DNA of 64,000 nucleotides from a virus: IMG/VR virus record IMGVR_UViG_3300028653_000010; one strand, 5' to 3'. Shown piece by piece: positions 1 to 9,225 of this stretch (position 1 is its first letter; each line of letters starts with the position of its first letter). The notes under the pieces were generated by a model. It saw only the letters and a program-made list of their open reading frames with translations, ran no database searches and was not told where the DNA came from. The position numbers and the translations under genes were made by a program.

Positions 1-463
1 CCATGGGTAAGCACATTGAGAGGCCATCTTCTTTGCAGTAGCCAGTGCTCCAACCAATCACGACGACGGGGATTCGAGTTCCACGGGTCCGGAGCCAGCA
101 TACTCGACCGACCTCATCACCATCATCGCCTTCACGCGATGACTGGTACTTGCCCTCTTGAGCGCCTTCTTGCTTACCAGACCGACGGCTGCTACGACGA
201 GTAGTAGAGGTGCCTCTGGTAGCGGTGCTACGGGCCTTGGGGGCTGCTTTAGCTTGAGGGGCCTGGGCACTCTGCTCGGTAGCGATAGTGGCGTAACAGA
301 AGCCGTCGGTTCGATTCTTCCACACGATGGCTCCGACAACTTCACGCTTGGTCTCCCTGGACTTCTTGGTGACCGTAACCGTCGTACCGGGCACTAGATT
401 GATTCCAGCAAGGCCCCATGTTCCGTCTCTAAGTTGCTTGTAGTTGATCTCGCTGTTTGCCAT
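1..463 (-). CDS. hypothetical basic, low-complexity protein; the start (ATG at 463) is in the window and the ORF runs off the left window edge
   Basis: Manual minus-strand translation from ATG 463 (MANSEINYKQLRDGTWGLAGINLV...TRGTSTTRRSSRRSGKQEG...) stays open to position 1. Consensus promoter 470-499 lies immediately upstream. Confidence 0.45.
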   Translation of the reverse strand, partial: MANSEINYKQLRDGTWGLAGINLVPGTTVTVTKKSRETKREVVGAIVWKNRTDGFCYATIATEQSAQAPQAKAAPKARSTATRGTSTTRRSSRRSGKQEGAQEGKYQSSREGDDGDEVGRVCWLRTRGTRIPVVVIGWSTGYCKEDGLSMCLPM

Positions 464-469
464 GTTAGG

Positions 470-499
470 TATTACGCGCAGTGGTACTCGAAACTCAAC
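470..499 (-). promoter_or_regulatory. consensus leaderless promoter (TTGAGT-N17-GTAATA), minus-strand sense
   Basis: tattacgcgc...ctcaacc directly abuts start codon 463. Confidence 0.5.
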
Positions 500-506
500 C
501 AAAAGC

Positions 507-833
507 CTAAGAAAGTGAAAGGTGCTTGGTGGTCTGAGGGTTATTAGAGTCCTGAACGGTGACAACGCCAGTATCCTCGCTCACGGTGGTACTTTTGCTA
601 CCACAGATGTAAGTGGTCTTCTTTGAAGCCCCAAACCTATCCTCAAAGTCCCGGCGCAACCCGTCGAATCTGCCACCCACAACGATGGCTTGTCGCTCAC
701 TTGCGCACCCATCGGCGAAAGTTTCTGCCGCTTCCTTGTTGGGGAATACGGTGCGGGTCACCAGCGTATAGTCACCGGGGGTCCCATCATCCTTCCGGTC
801 TTCTCTACAGACCACGATGTATTCGATGTTCAT
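507..833 (-). CDS. hypothetical protein (108 aa)
   Basis: ORF track; it lies in a co-directional minus-strand gene chain. Confidence 0.4.
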   Translation of the reverse strand: MNIEYIVVCREDRKDDGTPGDYTLVTRTVFPNKEAAETFADGCASERQAIVVGGRFDGLRRDFEDRFGASKKTTYICGSKSTTVSEDTGVVTVQDSNNPQTTKHLSLS

Positions 834-1246
834 GCTGCCCTTCGATCTGCTTGGAACTTCTCAACTCCGATAGTCCACCAACAGAACCTAGCCTGGATAG
901 TCAACCAAGCATCACCATTGAAGATTATCCGAACGTCCATGATCTCTTCTGAGGTCTTGGCATTCCGGATCTTCTCCTGTAGCTTCTCGGTCATGACTTC
1001 CAAGCTGGAGCAATTCTCTTGCTCCATGAAGCGAATGACTCCCATGACCCACCAAGCATACCGGCTCTGAAGGAGATTCCAACTCTCATTGTTGAAGTAC
1101 CCGCGGATCTGCTCCACGATCTTGTCATTGTTTTTGGCTGCCTCAGCATCAGAGAACAACCGCCTGAGTCCAATTTCGTACATGTTAGTCCTCGTTATTA
1201 GAGTCTGAGTCATCCGTGAGGGCGGGAGTACTATTGATGCCGGCAT
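830..1246 (-). CDS. hypothetical protein (138 aa)
   Basis: ORF track; its stop overlaps the start of the downstream gene. Confidence 0.45.
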   Translation of the reverse strand: MPASIVLPPSRMTQTLITRTNMYEIGLRRLFSDAEAAKNNDKIVEQIRGYFNNESWNLLQSRYAWWVMGVIRFMEQENCSSLEVMTEKLQEKIRNAKTSEEIMDVRIIFNGDAWLTIQARFCWWTIGVEKFQADRRAA

Positions 1247-1766
1247 TGCGAAGCGTCATCAGGATCAACCGAGCCTCGCCCTCCGTCAGGCGACGAAAGT
1301 TAAGATTGATCTGAGATTCGTGGTGCTCGATGTTACCATAGAACTCAGGGTAGTTCTCTTTCATGGCCCTGAGGATCTTTTGGTGAGATCGTTGAGCCTT
1401 GTCTTTTTCCTTGTCCCGCTTGGCTACAGCAACGAGGGCGTCCCGGCGCTCTTTGACACTCGCTACTACCTTCTTGATCAGATCTTTGGTGTCAATCTTG
1501 AACCGTTTGGCGTGACAGAGACAACCCATGCCCGTATGGACCGACCTAAAGTCCACTTCGAGCTTACCTGAAGGGTTACGACTCCAAGTAGACCCAGAGT
1601 AAGGCTCACTGACACTGAGTATGTAGTAGGTGTACTCAGGAATCTTGATTCCTTCTGAGTTTTCACTCAACTCAGCTTTGATTCCTGCTGCAGTCAACGC
1701 AGCTAAGATCTGAGCATTGAGTTCGTGTGCTTGTTTCTCGAGTGCTTTGCTGCTGTACATTGCCAT
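1185..1766 (-). CDS. hypothetical protein (193 aa)
   Basis: ORF track; consensus promoter 1773-1801 sits 6 nt upstream of ATG 1766 (leaderless). Confidence 0.55.
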   Translation of the reverse strand: MAMYSSKALEKQAHELNAQILAALTAAGIKAELSENSEGIKIPEYTYYILSVSEPYSGSTWSRNPSGKLEVDFRSVHTGMGCLCHAKRFKIDTKDLIKKVVASVKERRDALVAVAKRDKEKDKAQRSHQKILRAMKENYPEFYGNIEHHESQINLNFRRLTEGEARLILMTLRNAGINSTPALTDDSDSNNED

Positions 1767-1772
1767 AGTAGC

Positions 1773-1801
1773 TATTACGCGTGAGGGTTAGGTTTCTCAA
1801 C
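1773..1801 (-). promoter_or_regulatory. consensus leaderless promoter
   Basis: gctattacgcgtgagggttaggtttctcaac, whose reverse complement is TTGAGA-N16-GTAATAG, followed by ATG. Confidence 0.55.
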
Positions 1802-1810
1802 AGAATCGTA

Positions 1811-2071
1811 CTAGGATGCGAAGATTGCTTCAGCTACGACCTTGGAGGTCTTCTGATCAACAATCTTGGCTTCGGAGATTTGCATCGGCCCCAGGTGTTC
1901 GTTGCAGCCACCACTCCGAGTTGACTCCTCGTACTTCGCGCAGAAGGATATGAGGTTGCTGTCAGTCGGCTGACCATGAACACTCAACTTCCATTCAATG
2001 CCCGTGTGGAACTGGGTCGGGTGAACAGTGGTAAAGTTCACTACGTAGCGGGGAGTTCTTGATGACGACAT
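1811..2071 (-). CDS. hypothetical protein (86 aa)
   Basis: ORF track; promoter 2078-2106 abuts the ATG. Confidence 0.5.
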   Translation of the reverse strand: MSSSRTPRYVVNFTTVHPTQFHTGIEWKLSVHGQPTDSNLISFCAKYEESTRSGGCNEHLGPMQISEAKIVDQKTSKVVAEAIFAS

Positions 2072-2077
2072 GCTCTT

Positions 2078-2106
2078 TATTACGCGCGAGGTTAGGGTTT
2101 CTCAAC
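2078..2106 (-). promoter_or_regulatory. consensus leaderless promoter
   Basis: tattacgcgcgaggttagggtttctcaac. Confidence 0.55.
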
Positions 2107-2463
2107 ACCATTGCGTCGGTCTGCATCACGTTGGGCTTGTTCCTTATCACACCAGGATGAGTAGGTGTGGTCACCGGTATTGGTGTGGTAGACGTAATAC
2201 ATCTCGTCAGTTTCATCAAATTCGACGTAGTACTCACCGACCTCTGGGAACCTACCAGGAAGAGCCCAACCGGCACCATGGACTTTGCTCCAAGGTACCC
2301 AAACGATCTTATTAGCTTCATACAACCGTTTGATGAATCGGTACTCTGGGTCCGAGAAGTGAGGGGATTCCGGACTTATGCCCAGCCCTATCAAAGCCCC
2401 TGCGGTTGCGCCAGCTTCAACCTTAGCAAGAATCTGACTCTCGGACTTGGTGAGCTTTTCCAT
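2092..2463 (-). CDS. hypothetical protein (123 aa)
   Basis: ORF track; promoter 2470-2498 abuts ATG 2463. Confidence 0.55.
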   Translation of the reverse strand: MEKLTKSESQILAKVEAGATAGALIGLGISPESPHFSDPEYRFIKRLYEANKIVWVPWSKVHGAGWALPGRFPEVGEYYVEFDETDEMYYVYHTNTGDHTYSSWCDKEQAQRDADRRNGVEKP

Positions 2464-2469
2464 ACTCTC

Positions 2470-2498
2470 TATTACGCATGAGGGTTTTCGCTCTCAAC
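2470..2498 (-). promoter_or_regulatory. consensus leaderless promoter (variant TAATAG...CGCATG)
   Basis: tattacgcatgagggttttcgctctcaac. Confidence 0.5.
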
Positions 2499-2765
2499 AG
2501 GATTCTCTGGTACTTCACGAATATCTCCGTACTCGGAACGGGCCACCAAATCATGACCCAGATGCTTCTTGAACCACCCAGCGGTAATCTCCCCGTAGTG
2601 AGTCTTCAGAACCACGTCTGACGTGCTATCCAGCAATGAAGTCAGACCGGCGATAGCATCAGCGTGTCTGATGAGGGTGAACATAAGATCCACCATGTGA
2701 TTTGCGTCATCAAACCCATGTTCATCATTACAGGTACGACAGAAAACGTTCCAGTCACAGCTCAT
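2472..2765 (-). CDS. hypothetical protein (97 aa)
   Basis: ORF track. Confidence 0.4.
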   Translation of the reverse strand: MSCDWNVFCRTCNDEHGFDDANHMVDLMFTLIRHADAIAGLTSLLDSTSDVVLKTHYGEITAGWFKKHLGHDLVARSEYGDIREVPENPVESENPHA

Positions 2766-2842
2766 CCTGGCATACTACTAGGGTAATCTGTAATTTCAAC
2801 AGGATTCGGTTATTGCTCAAGCCGGGCGACAGTATAACTGTA

Positions 2843-3193
2843 CTAAATTCGATACCCGTTAGGAGCTATCTTCAGGCAAGTAACCAACTCAGCAGCTTTT
2901 GCCTTGATACCAGTGACAAGCGCCACGGGATCCCCACTCAGTAGGATAGTCACACCATCCCTTATGATTTGGAGGCTCGTTCTTACGACGACGAGACCGT
3001 ACACTTGTCTGCTTTCTATGGTGATCTCGACTCGAATGATGGTAACCCCAAGGTCCTTTTCCACCCCTTTGACACTGACTAGACCCTCTGCCTGAGTAGG
3101 AACCGCATCAGCCAGTAGCTGAGACACCTCTCCTGTAGCGAGACCTATAACCTCTGACACCCAATTTGCCGTAACTTTACTGATGGAATCCAT
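2843..3193 (-). CDS. hypothetical protein (116 aa)
   Basis: ORF track; a promoter-like motif at 3229-3257 lies about 35 nt upstream. Confidence 0.45.
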   Translation of the reverse strand: MDSISKVTANWVSEVIGLATGEVSQLLADAVPTQAEGLVSVKGVEKDLGVTIIRVEITIESRQVYGLVVVRTSLQIIRDGVTILLSGDPVALVTGIKAKAAELVTCLKIAPNGYRI

Positions 3194-3228
3194 TTCTCAC
3201 CTCAAGTATTAGATTGGAATCGACCAGT

Positions 3229-3257
3229 ATTACGCGCGGAGAGCACGAATCTCAACT
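3229..3257 (-). promoter_or_regulatory. consensus promoter copy
   Basis: tattacgcgcggagagcacgaatctcaac. Confidence 0.45.
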
Positions 3258-3277
3258 AAATCGTTGAGCTTGTTACT

Positions 3278-3877
3278 TTGATCAACCCGGCCCCTGAACC
3301 TAGTGTATATAATCCCGTGGCTGATGAAGACCAATTCGAGAGATTTTGGAACCGGATACGCCCGAGACGCGGAGTCCCGGTGGAGCGTCATGACTTAAAA
3401 CCAAAAGATTGGGCTAGTAGATTGGAGAGGGTTGTCGTTGACCAAGACGGGGTGCCCCTGATTCCACCTGCACAGGCTCAAATATCCCAGGCGATCCACC
3501 GTCGTGTGCAGGCCATAACTACTAGAATCCTGAATAACTACATTGGTCCAGTGACTGGGGACACTATGCTCATGCTCCTTCACGAGATTGGAAGGACACT
3601 CGCCACCGGCGGAGCAGCAGACGTTGAACGGGTATGGTCCAGAGATGAAGAGGAAGCGACCGAGATACCCGAACCAGTCCGAGATGGGTTGGGGCCGCTA
3701 CTGACTGCTGCTGGGGTTGTAGAAGCCAGACTAGATCAGAACTTGAATGAGTCTCGAACTATGACTCTAACTTTCGTCCCTCAACTTGGAGATATACGAG
3801 TTGACTCCAGAACTGATGTGACTGGACACCCCATCATCTCCATGGCATTCGACCTTGGTGGTATGAGATCGATGTAA
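3278..3877 (+). CDS. hypothetical protein (199 aa; TTG start per ORF track)
   Basis: ORF track; first gene of a short plus-strand block. Confidence 0.4.
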   Translation: MINPAPEPSVYNPVADEDQFERFWNRIRPRRGVPVERHDLKPKDWASRLERVVVDQDGVPLIPPAQAQISQAIHRRVQAITTRILNNYIGPVTGDTMLMLLHEIGRTLATGGAADVERVWSRDEEEATEIPEPVRDGLGPLLTAAGVVEARLDQNLNESRTMTLTFVPQLGDIRVDSRTDVTGHPIISMAFDLGGMRSM

Positions 3878-3891
3878 TTTATGCCCGGCCA

Positions 3892-4236
3892 TTGCCCTAC
3901 AAAGGGCCAACCGGATCCCCCAGAGCCCCCGCGCATTCGCCTATCACGTTACGAGAGAACACCAGTTATTTGATGGTTAACCATAAGATTCCGCCGTCGG
4001 TGATATACGTGCTCTTTGACGTATTCGGTAACTTGTTGCGAGCACGAACCCAACCACCACTAAAACTCTATCCAAAACAAGAGATTAGGCAGTATGTCCC
4101 TCGCCCCGAGACCTGCGCGACTTGTGCTAATCGCGGGCAGGTCTGCGAGGTACCTTTCTGCAAGTACTGGGGGCACCCCATACCGGATTATGATGGTACC
4201 CAATTCTGCTCATTTCATGCTAAAGAGGGTCTATGA
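3892..4236 (+). CDS. hypothetical Cys-rich protein (114 aa)
   Basis: ORF track; C-terminal motifs CATCANRGQVC and FCKYW...FCSFH. Confidence 0.35.
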   Translation: MPYKGPTGSPRAPAHSPITLRENTSYLMVNHKIPPSVIYVLFDVFGNLLRARTQPPLKLYPKQEIRQYVPRPETCATCANRGQVCEVPFCKYWGHPIPDYDGTQFCSFHAKEGL

Positions 4237-4535
4237 CACAAGAAGAAGCCGTTGCACAGCTCAAGGCCGCCGGGCTCCGTACTCATAACCTTGACCAGTA
4301 CGGCATCATGGGTGGGGGTTGGGTAGATCACTCATCGGGGCTGGGCATGATCCAAGACTGCTACTCCCTCAAGCCAAACCCTGATGGCTCCTACGAAACC
4401 AAGATAGAGAACCTCCAACTAACCCAGGACATGCAACTCGATGAAGCGGTCGCGCTCATCCTCAAGAGCATCAAGCCTGGGGTAAACATAGAACCCCCAC
4501 GACGCGGTAACCCAAATGAACCACAGGAGTACTGA
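4233..4535 (+). CDS. hypothetical protein (100 aa)
   Basis: ORF track; its start overlaps the upstream stop. Confidence 0.4.
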   Translation: MTQEEAVAQLKAAGLRTHNLDQYGIMGGGWVDHSSGLGMIQDCYSLKPNPDGSYETKIENLQLTQDMQLDEAVALILKSIKPGVNIEPPRRGNPNEPQEY

Positions 4536-4581
4536 GTTACTCTCTAGGAGTATCATCTGATACAAATGCTCCTAGTGAAGT

Positions 4582-4998
4582 ATGCCCGCCCAATACTCCG
4601 TCTTTGCCATTAGGCTGCAGGATCCCTATTGGTGGGTTGCAATAGGGGTTGTCATGTGGTGTCCCGAGAGGAAGTGGGTTCGGGTCCGCATGGTTGGTGA
4701 AGCAGAGCGACCCAAGAACATATCCAAGGACGACTACACACTCGTTGAACTGTGTGATAGGACACTTGCTACTTGGCAGAACATGAAGAAGATCCCCGAC
4801 CACGAGGAGCTCCTGAACCCGTTCGAGGATAGGTTCTGGGACGTCGTGAGGGGGCAGCTCCCTAATCGTCTCAGACTATCCCAAGCCTTCCCGGCGCTCA
4901 AGGACGACCTGGAAGAGGAGTTGATCTCCCTCTTCCACCGTATCGTCGCACCCGTCGTCGACCCCTCTGATTGGGTACCTGACTCGATAAAGAGCTAG
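4582..4998 (+). CDS. hypothetical protein (138 aa)
   Basis: ORF track. Confidence 0.45.
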   Translation: MPAQYSVFAIRLQDPYWWVAIGVVMWCPERKWVRVRMVGEAERPKNISKDDYTLVELCDRTLATWQNMKKIPDHEELLNPFEDRFWDVVRGQLPNRLRLSQAFPALKDDLEEELISLFHRIVAPVVDPSDWVPDSIKS

Positions 4999-5237
4999 GG
5001 TCTCCCCATTGGTCTCTTGGCTTGAACAATTCCGATTGAAGGGTGCTCGACGAAGAACCAAGTAGTCACGCCAGCCAGCGCCAAGCACCCCAGGGTGATC
5101 CAAAAAACCTTGGACTTCGACGGCGGGGTCCGGCGCGGCGCGGGTCCACCCTTGTTCAACAGAGGTGCCAGATACAAGACTGGGTTCATTGGATACCTAG
5201 CCTACTTCAATAATGCTCCGGTGTAAATCACTGGACT

Positions 5238-5504
5238 ATGCCATACTACCTAGTAGAACGTCAGTCTGGAGGATGTGACTACACCATTGGTTGCGGAATC
5301 CGGATCACTCAGCTCAACGCCCCCAACATGGAAGCCGCTATGTACGCGGCTAGTGATAAGATCGGCTCCACTTGGAGGGCAGACCACGAGGGTGGTATCG
5401 AGAAGGCTGAGCGCAAGTCTCGCAAGAGAATCAAGGATGAAGCTGACCAGCGCGAGAAGGATGAAGATGAGCTTCATCGCCTCAAGAGGAAGCTTGGGCG
5501 ATGA
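5238..5504 (+). CDS. hypothetical protein (88 aa)
   Basis: ORF track. Confidence 0.4.
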   Translation: MPYYLVERQSGGCDYTIGCGIRITQLNAPNMEAAMYAASDKIGSTWRADHEGGIEKAERKSRKRIKDEADQREKDEDELHRLKRKLGR

Positions 5505-5704
5505 AGTCTGTCTTCAAGATCAAGGATCTTACAACCGGACTGTACTCAACCGGTGGTAGTCGTCCCAAGTGGACCAAGTTGGGGAAGACCTGGAACACTC
5601 GAGGGCAAGTGATCTGCAGCCTCAAGAATTACTGTGATGGAGACTACCGCACCGGTAAACGCCCCGCGCCGGATAGTTGGGTCGTTGAGGAGTTCGAGAT
5701 GACG

Positions 5705-6346
5705 TTAGCGTCGACCTCCAAGGCCATGGACCTGATCAGCAGAAGGGAATAATTCGAAGTCGACCGTGAACAGCGGGTCCCGCTTGCCAAACAAGCTAAC
5801 ATGAAACACACCCTTAATTGGACCAATGACCAGAGTGTGCTCAGGTGGGCTTACGGCGAGCGGAGCTTTTGAGCTACCATTTCCCTTGTCTGATGTAGAC
5901 TTTGAGACTGGCTTGTGCTCAGGCTTGGATTTAGAAGCGTTTATGAGATCTAGTGCATTCGAATGAAGTAGTTCAGGTTTATTCTCTGAGACCCACTTCA
6001 TAAGCCTATGGTCCCTATTGCGAAGACGATAGAACCCAAAGTTTTCTCTGTCCCCGTTGCGATCCCTTTCTATCCTATCGTTTCCCTTCGCCTTAGTACC
6101 ACAACAGATACTCAGGTTATTCCCGATGTAGTGTTCCTTGTCACCTTTGGTGTAGGGCATCCAATCAAGTGCTTCAAGGAGGGAAATAATTTCTTTGATG
6201 CTTCGAGGACCTCCAGCCAAAATCATCCTGAAAGCATCGGATTGACACGGTAGCCCGTCCCTGGCCAATCTTGGGAAGTTAGGATCACCTTTCAATCCAA
6301 ACATACGACCTCTGAATCTGGGAGGTCTGTTAGTTCCACTTGGCAT
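5705..6346 (-). CDS. hypothetical protein (213 aa)
   Basis: ORF track; it is downstream, on the minus strand, of the receiver-like gene. Confidence 0.45.
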   Translation of the reverse strand: MPSGTNRPPRFRGRMFGLKGDPNFPRLARDGLPCQSDAFRMILAGGPRSIKEIISLLEALDWMPYTKGDKEHYIGNNLSICCGTKAKGNDRIERDRNGDRENFGFYRLRNRDHRLMKWVSENKPELLHSNALDLINASKSKPEHKPVSKSTSDKGNGSSKAPLAVSPPEHTLVIGPIKGVFHVSLFGKRDPLFTVDFELFPSADQVHGLGGRR

Positions 6347-6404
6347 GCAATCTCCTTGTCCTTTAGTAGCGGTCTCAAGGAGAGTCCCTCAATTATATGG
6401 GAAA

Positions 6405-6710
6405 GTCAATACTCTGATCTTATTTTCTCGATACTCTTCACGGCTTGCAGCATCCTTTGGCGCGCTACTGTATTGGCCGAGTGGACAACTATTGTCCTAG
6501 GGAGTTTGCACGAAGGGTCCCTGAATACTTCTGCTTCGAGGTACTGAAGGACCTCGTACCCATCCCCTGCACCCTCACCGAGGTCATGGTCAAGAGAGAT
6601 GACCTCGAACTATTCTGCTCGGAGCGCCTTGATAGCTTCCAGGGAAGTCTTCACCCAAAGCCAATCAGGGCCAGGTGGCGTCCGTACATCGTCAAGCCAA
6701 AGAGATCTCA
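6405..6710 (-). CDS. CheY-like receiver domain protein interrupted by one in-frame TAG (pseudogene or amber read-through)
   Basis: Manual translation from ATG 6710 gives MRSLWLDDVRTPPGPDWLWVKTSLEAIKALRAE-TAG-FEVISLDHDLGEGAGDGYEVLQYLEAEVFRDPSCKLPRTIVVHSANTVARQRMLQAVKSIEKIRSEY. Receiver hallmarks are present: the DD pair, LDxDL, DGxEVL, and T/S before A-N and K. Its ATG overlaps the upstream gene's stop (ATGA). Confidence 0.5.
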
Positions 6711-7136
6711 TACCACCAAACTCATCGTCAGGACCAACTCGATACTTCGTTGGCCAAAAGACGGCCCGGAGAAGTTAAGGTTGTTGAGGGGTCTACGGGC
6801 TGCACGATCACGTCGAAGCTTACCGTCAACGAAAACTGCTTGGATAAGCGTCTTGTTGATTATTGCCAGGTGTATAGCAACTGAGATAGGATTTACATCC
6901 AACATCCTGGCCACGCTATTGATTAGCTCGGGTTGCTCTTTCACCGTGACGACGATGTCCCCTTGCTCCCGTGCCTTATTAGCTTGCTCCTGTGCTTTAC
7001 TAATTCGCGCCAATGCTCTTTCACTTTGAACTAACACTAGGGCTTCAGCCGGTGGTGGTACCGTAACTCGAGTAAGATGTACGGAGGAGTGGACTTCTTG
7101 TTCATCTGTAATCTGGGTTTGATGTTCCATGCCCAC
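6708..7136 (-). CDS. hypothetical protein (142 aa; the likely ATG is the third codon, near 7130)
   Basis: ORF track; promoter 7137-7166 abuts the start. Confidence 0.5.
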   Translation of the reverse strand: MGMEHQTQITDEQEVHSSVHLTRVTVPPPAEALVLVQSERALARISKAQEQANKAREQGDIVVTVKEQPELINSVARMLDVNPISVAIHLAIINKTLIQAVFVDGKLRRDRAARRPLNNLNFSGPSFGQRSIELVLTMSLVV

Positions 7137-7166
7137 TATTACGCGCCACCGGTGTCAGATCTCAAC
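7137..7166 (-). promoter_or_regulatory. consensus leaderless promoter
   Basis: tattacgcgccaccggtgtcagatctcaac. Confidence 0.5.
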
Positions 7167-7261
7167 ATCTTTTTCTTGATAAATCGATTTATGGAACACC
7201 TTTTCTAGGGTTTCCCCTTAGTATGCGCCCCGATACCTGGGAACCCATACCAGTGTGAGTG

Positions 7262-7477
7262 CTAATTACTGGGTGTATCCAACAACTTAGCCAACATCTG
7301 ATGGGCGCGGAGAAGAAGATCCTTCGACAATTCTGACTTCGGGACCATCATCGATACCTTACCAACCAGGTGGCCTAGAACCGACTTGCCGTGCTTATGT
7401 AGCACAATCGTGAATCGGTTCTCGTCAGCGGCAAGTACCTTCTGACAGATGACTTCGAGATCATAATCACTGATCAT
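7262..7477 (-). CDS. hypothetical small protein (71 aa)
   Basis: ORF track; it lies in an overlapping chain of small minus-strand ORFs. Confidence 0.3.
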   Translation of the reverse strand: MISDYDLEVICQKVLAADENRFTIVLHKHGKSVLGHLVGKVSMMVPKSELSKDLLLRAHQMLAKLLDTPSN

Positions 7478-7742
7478 GGTGGAGCGGAGTATCCCGAAGC
7501 TTCCTAAGTTCAGCTACCGCCTCGTCAAGGTTACCCTCTAATACGAGAGCATGAATGAGGATCGCAATCCTCTCAAGGAACTCTTGCTCCGTGTGATAGG
7601 GAAAACCCATCTGAGCCTTGACTGAGACCGTGAGTGCACGCCCGCGCAACCCAAAGGTTCGAGCGGTGTTAGAGTACAACCTCTTGAGCTGAGAATCGAC
7701 TAAGCTCAGTTTCTTGGGCCTATGAAACCATGGGAACTTCAT
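7467..7742 (-). CDS. hypothetical small protein (91 aa)
   Basis: ORF track. Confidence 0.3.
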   Translation of the reverse strand: MKFPWFHRPKKLSLVDSQLKRLYSNTARTFGLRGRALTVSVKAQMGFPYHTEQEFLERIAILIHALVLEGNLDEAVAELRKLRDTPLHHDQ

Positions 7743-7987
7743 TGAGTTATCTCGACACCGGTTGCCTTGAAGATCTGTTCTACCAACTCAGTGCCCTTCG
7801 GTGACACATTGATCCTCCACCAAGGCCCGCCCTCGCTCTCCTTCACAACCCATCCAAGCGCCAGCGCTTCATCAAACTCACCCCCAGGATCTTCTACAGA
7901 GCCTTCCTTGTACTCAAGATATCCAGCCTCAGGTCCGCATAGAGACAGAAGCACAGATACTACATGGATAAGATCCTCTTGGTACAT
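7739..7987 (-). CDS. hypothetical small protein (82 aa)
   Basis: ORF track. Confidence 0.35.
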   Translation of the reverse strand: MYQEDLIHVVSVLLSLCGPEAGYLEYKEGSVEDPGGEFDEALALGWVVKESEGGPWWRINVSPKGTELVEQIFKATGVEITQ

Positions 7988-8226
7988 AGCTTATTCTGAT
8001 ACTAGGGTAGTCGTCAATTGTCAACTATCCCAGATATTCAGTTGAATGCACTTGCAAAGTATTGAGTACAAGGTGTAGATACTAGGGGAATCCTGAACAA
8101 TAGACCAAAACAGGACAAGACTCTGGCATAACCGGTTCACTCATACGGTAAGGGTGCAGAATCCCAGCCCCTCGATATGGTTAGGTTTTAGGTGTAGAGC
8201 CTAACAAATTGTTGCCGATGGTAAAG

Positions 8227-8261
8227 AAAGGCCAGTGAGCTCCTTGAAATCACTGGCCTTT
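8227..8261 (-). terminator. rho-independent terminator-like hairpin after gene 8277..8603
   Basis: aaaggccagtga-N11-tcactggccttt forms a 12-bp stem. On the minus strand the stem is followed by TTTCTTT. Confidence 0.55.
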
Positions 8262-8276
8262 CGCCTATCCTATTAG

Positions 8277-8603
8277 CTATCGACCTGAACTGTCATTGGG
8301 CTTGGGTGCCGGCACCCGGGTGTGGACGTTCACCGGGCGTTGACGCTTCTCGTTCATGGGAAGTGGGTCAGAGACAATCTCCATGCTGATAGCCCCTGGC
8401 TCAGCCCCTGGGACCTTCACACCAGCCTTCGGAAGTATCCCAGCCAGGTACCCCGAGAGCTGAGCCACCGTCTCCTTGAGGTCATGACTGCGCTCAGCGA
8501 CCTCATGTGAGTAGGCATCCACCGCTTCTACTCGAGTCGTGACTGCTACGAAGGTATTCTTGAGTTCCCTCAACTCATGCTTGGTTTCAAGATAGTCAGA
8601 CAC
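8277..8603 (-). CDS. hypothetical protein (108 aa; GTG start)
   Basis: ORF track; a terminator lies downstream. A conserved hairpin element sits in the 5' leader at 8612-8675, instead of the consensus promoter. Confidence 0.5.
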   Translation of the reverse strand: MSDYLETKHELRELKNTFVAVTTRVEAVDAYSHEVAERSHDLKETVAQLSGYLAGILPKAGVKVPGAEPGAISMEIVSDPLPMNEKRQRPVNVHTRVPAPKPNDSSGR

Positions 8604-8611
8604 CTCTTTGC

Positions 8612-8675
8612 CCTAAAAGGACTCCCTAACCTGGGACATTAGCGAGTGATCATAATCCTCGCTTTTGGTCGAAAG
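8612..8675 (-). promoter_or_regulatory. conserved structured leader element, copy a (TTAGCGAGTG-N9-CCTCGCTTTTGGTCGAAAG)
   Basis: About 65 nt are homologous to 12792-12869. The core hairpin AGCGAG/CTCGCT recurs at 49159-49186 and 49279-49310. Confidence 0.45.
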
Positions 8676-8891
8676 AACAAAACCAATAAATCAAGAATGT
8701 ATCCTGATTCAATGAGATCATAACTCACCCAACTTACAAAATCAACCACTTAGGAGCATTGCCAAGTAAAGAGAAACGGCCAGCTCCGCATTGCACTACG
8801 GTGCTGGCCTATCCCTAACCATCAGCAGCCACACGGCCTCAGTAGCTATGCAAAACCATTCAGCTCCGAGCGCTCCAGACGATACTCTAGG

Positions 8892-9221
8892 CTACACCTC
8901 TCCGGGTGCCCAAGGCCACTCTGGTAGGTCAATTAACTTCCCAACAAGGTCGTGACTGCAGTCCCCGTGGTACTGAATCTTCCCGGCCGTAAGGTTCAGA
9001 TGACACCGGTGCTGCTTCGGGTCCGGGTGATTAGGGCAAGTGTTCAGCAATGAAGGACTGAACGTAGGGCTCTCTTGGTTCCCATCGAACGCCCAGACGA
9101 CGGTCCCCGTCGTGTAAAATATGTGTGCCCCGTCGCACCCGGGGCAGAAGAATGCGTACCCGCGAAGTTTCCCTGTGTCGTCTACTACCGGCTTGAGCTT
9201 CATACTTGTTCTATTCCACAA
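8892..9221 (-). CDS. hypothetical Cys/His-rich protein (109 aa)
   Basis: ORF track; motifs CPGC...HRCH...GDCSHDL suggest metal binding. Confidence 0.45.
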   Translation of the reverse strand: MWNRTSMKLKPVVDDTGKLRGYAFFCPGCDGAHIFYTTGTVVWAFDGNQESPTFSPSLLNTCPNHPDPKQHRCHLNLTAGKIQYHGDCSHDLVGKLIDLPEWPWAPGEV

Positions 9222-9225
9222 GTGA

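Noticed and set aside
16-397. Track ORFs 16..204, 58..345 and 158..397
   Set aside because: They overlap a longer minus-strand reading frame that starts at the consensus-promoter ATG 463 and stays open to the window edge.
6445-7029. 194-aa plus-strand ORF
   Set aside because: It is an Arg/Leu/Ser-rich, low-complexity translation antisense to two well-supported minus-strand genes: the consensus-promoter gene 6708..7136 and the CheY-like receiver.
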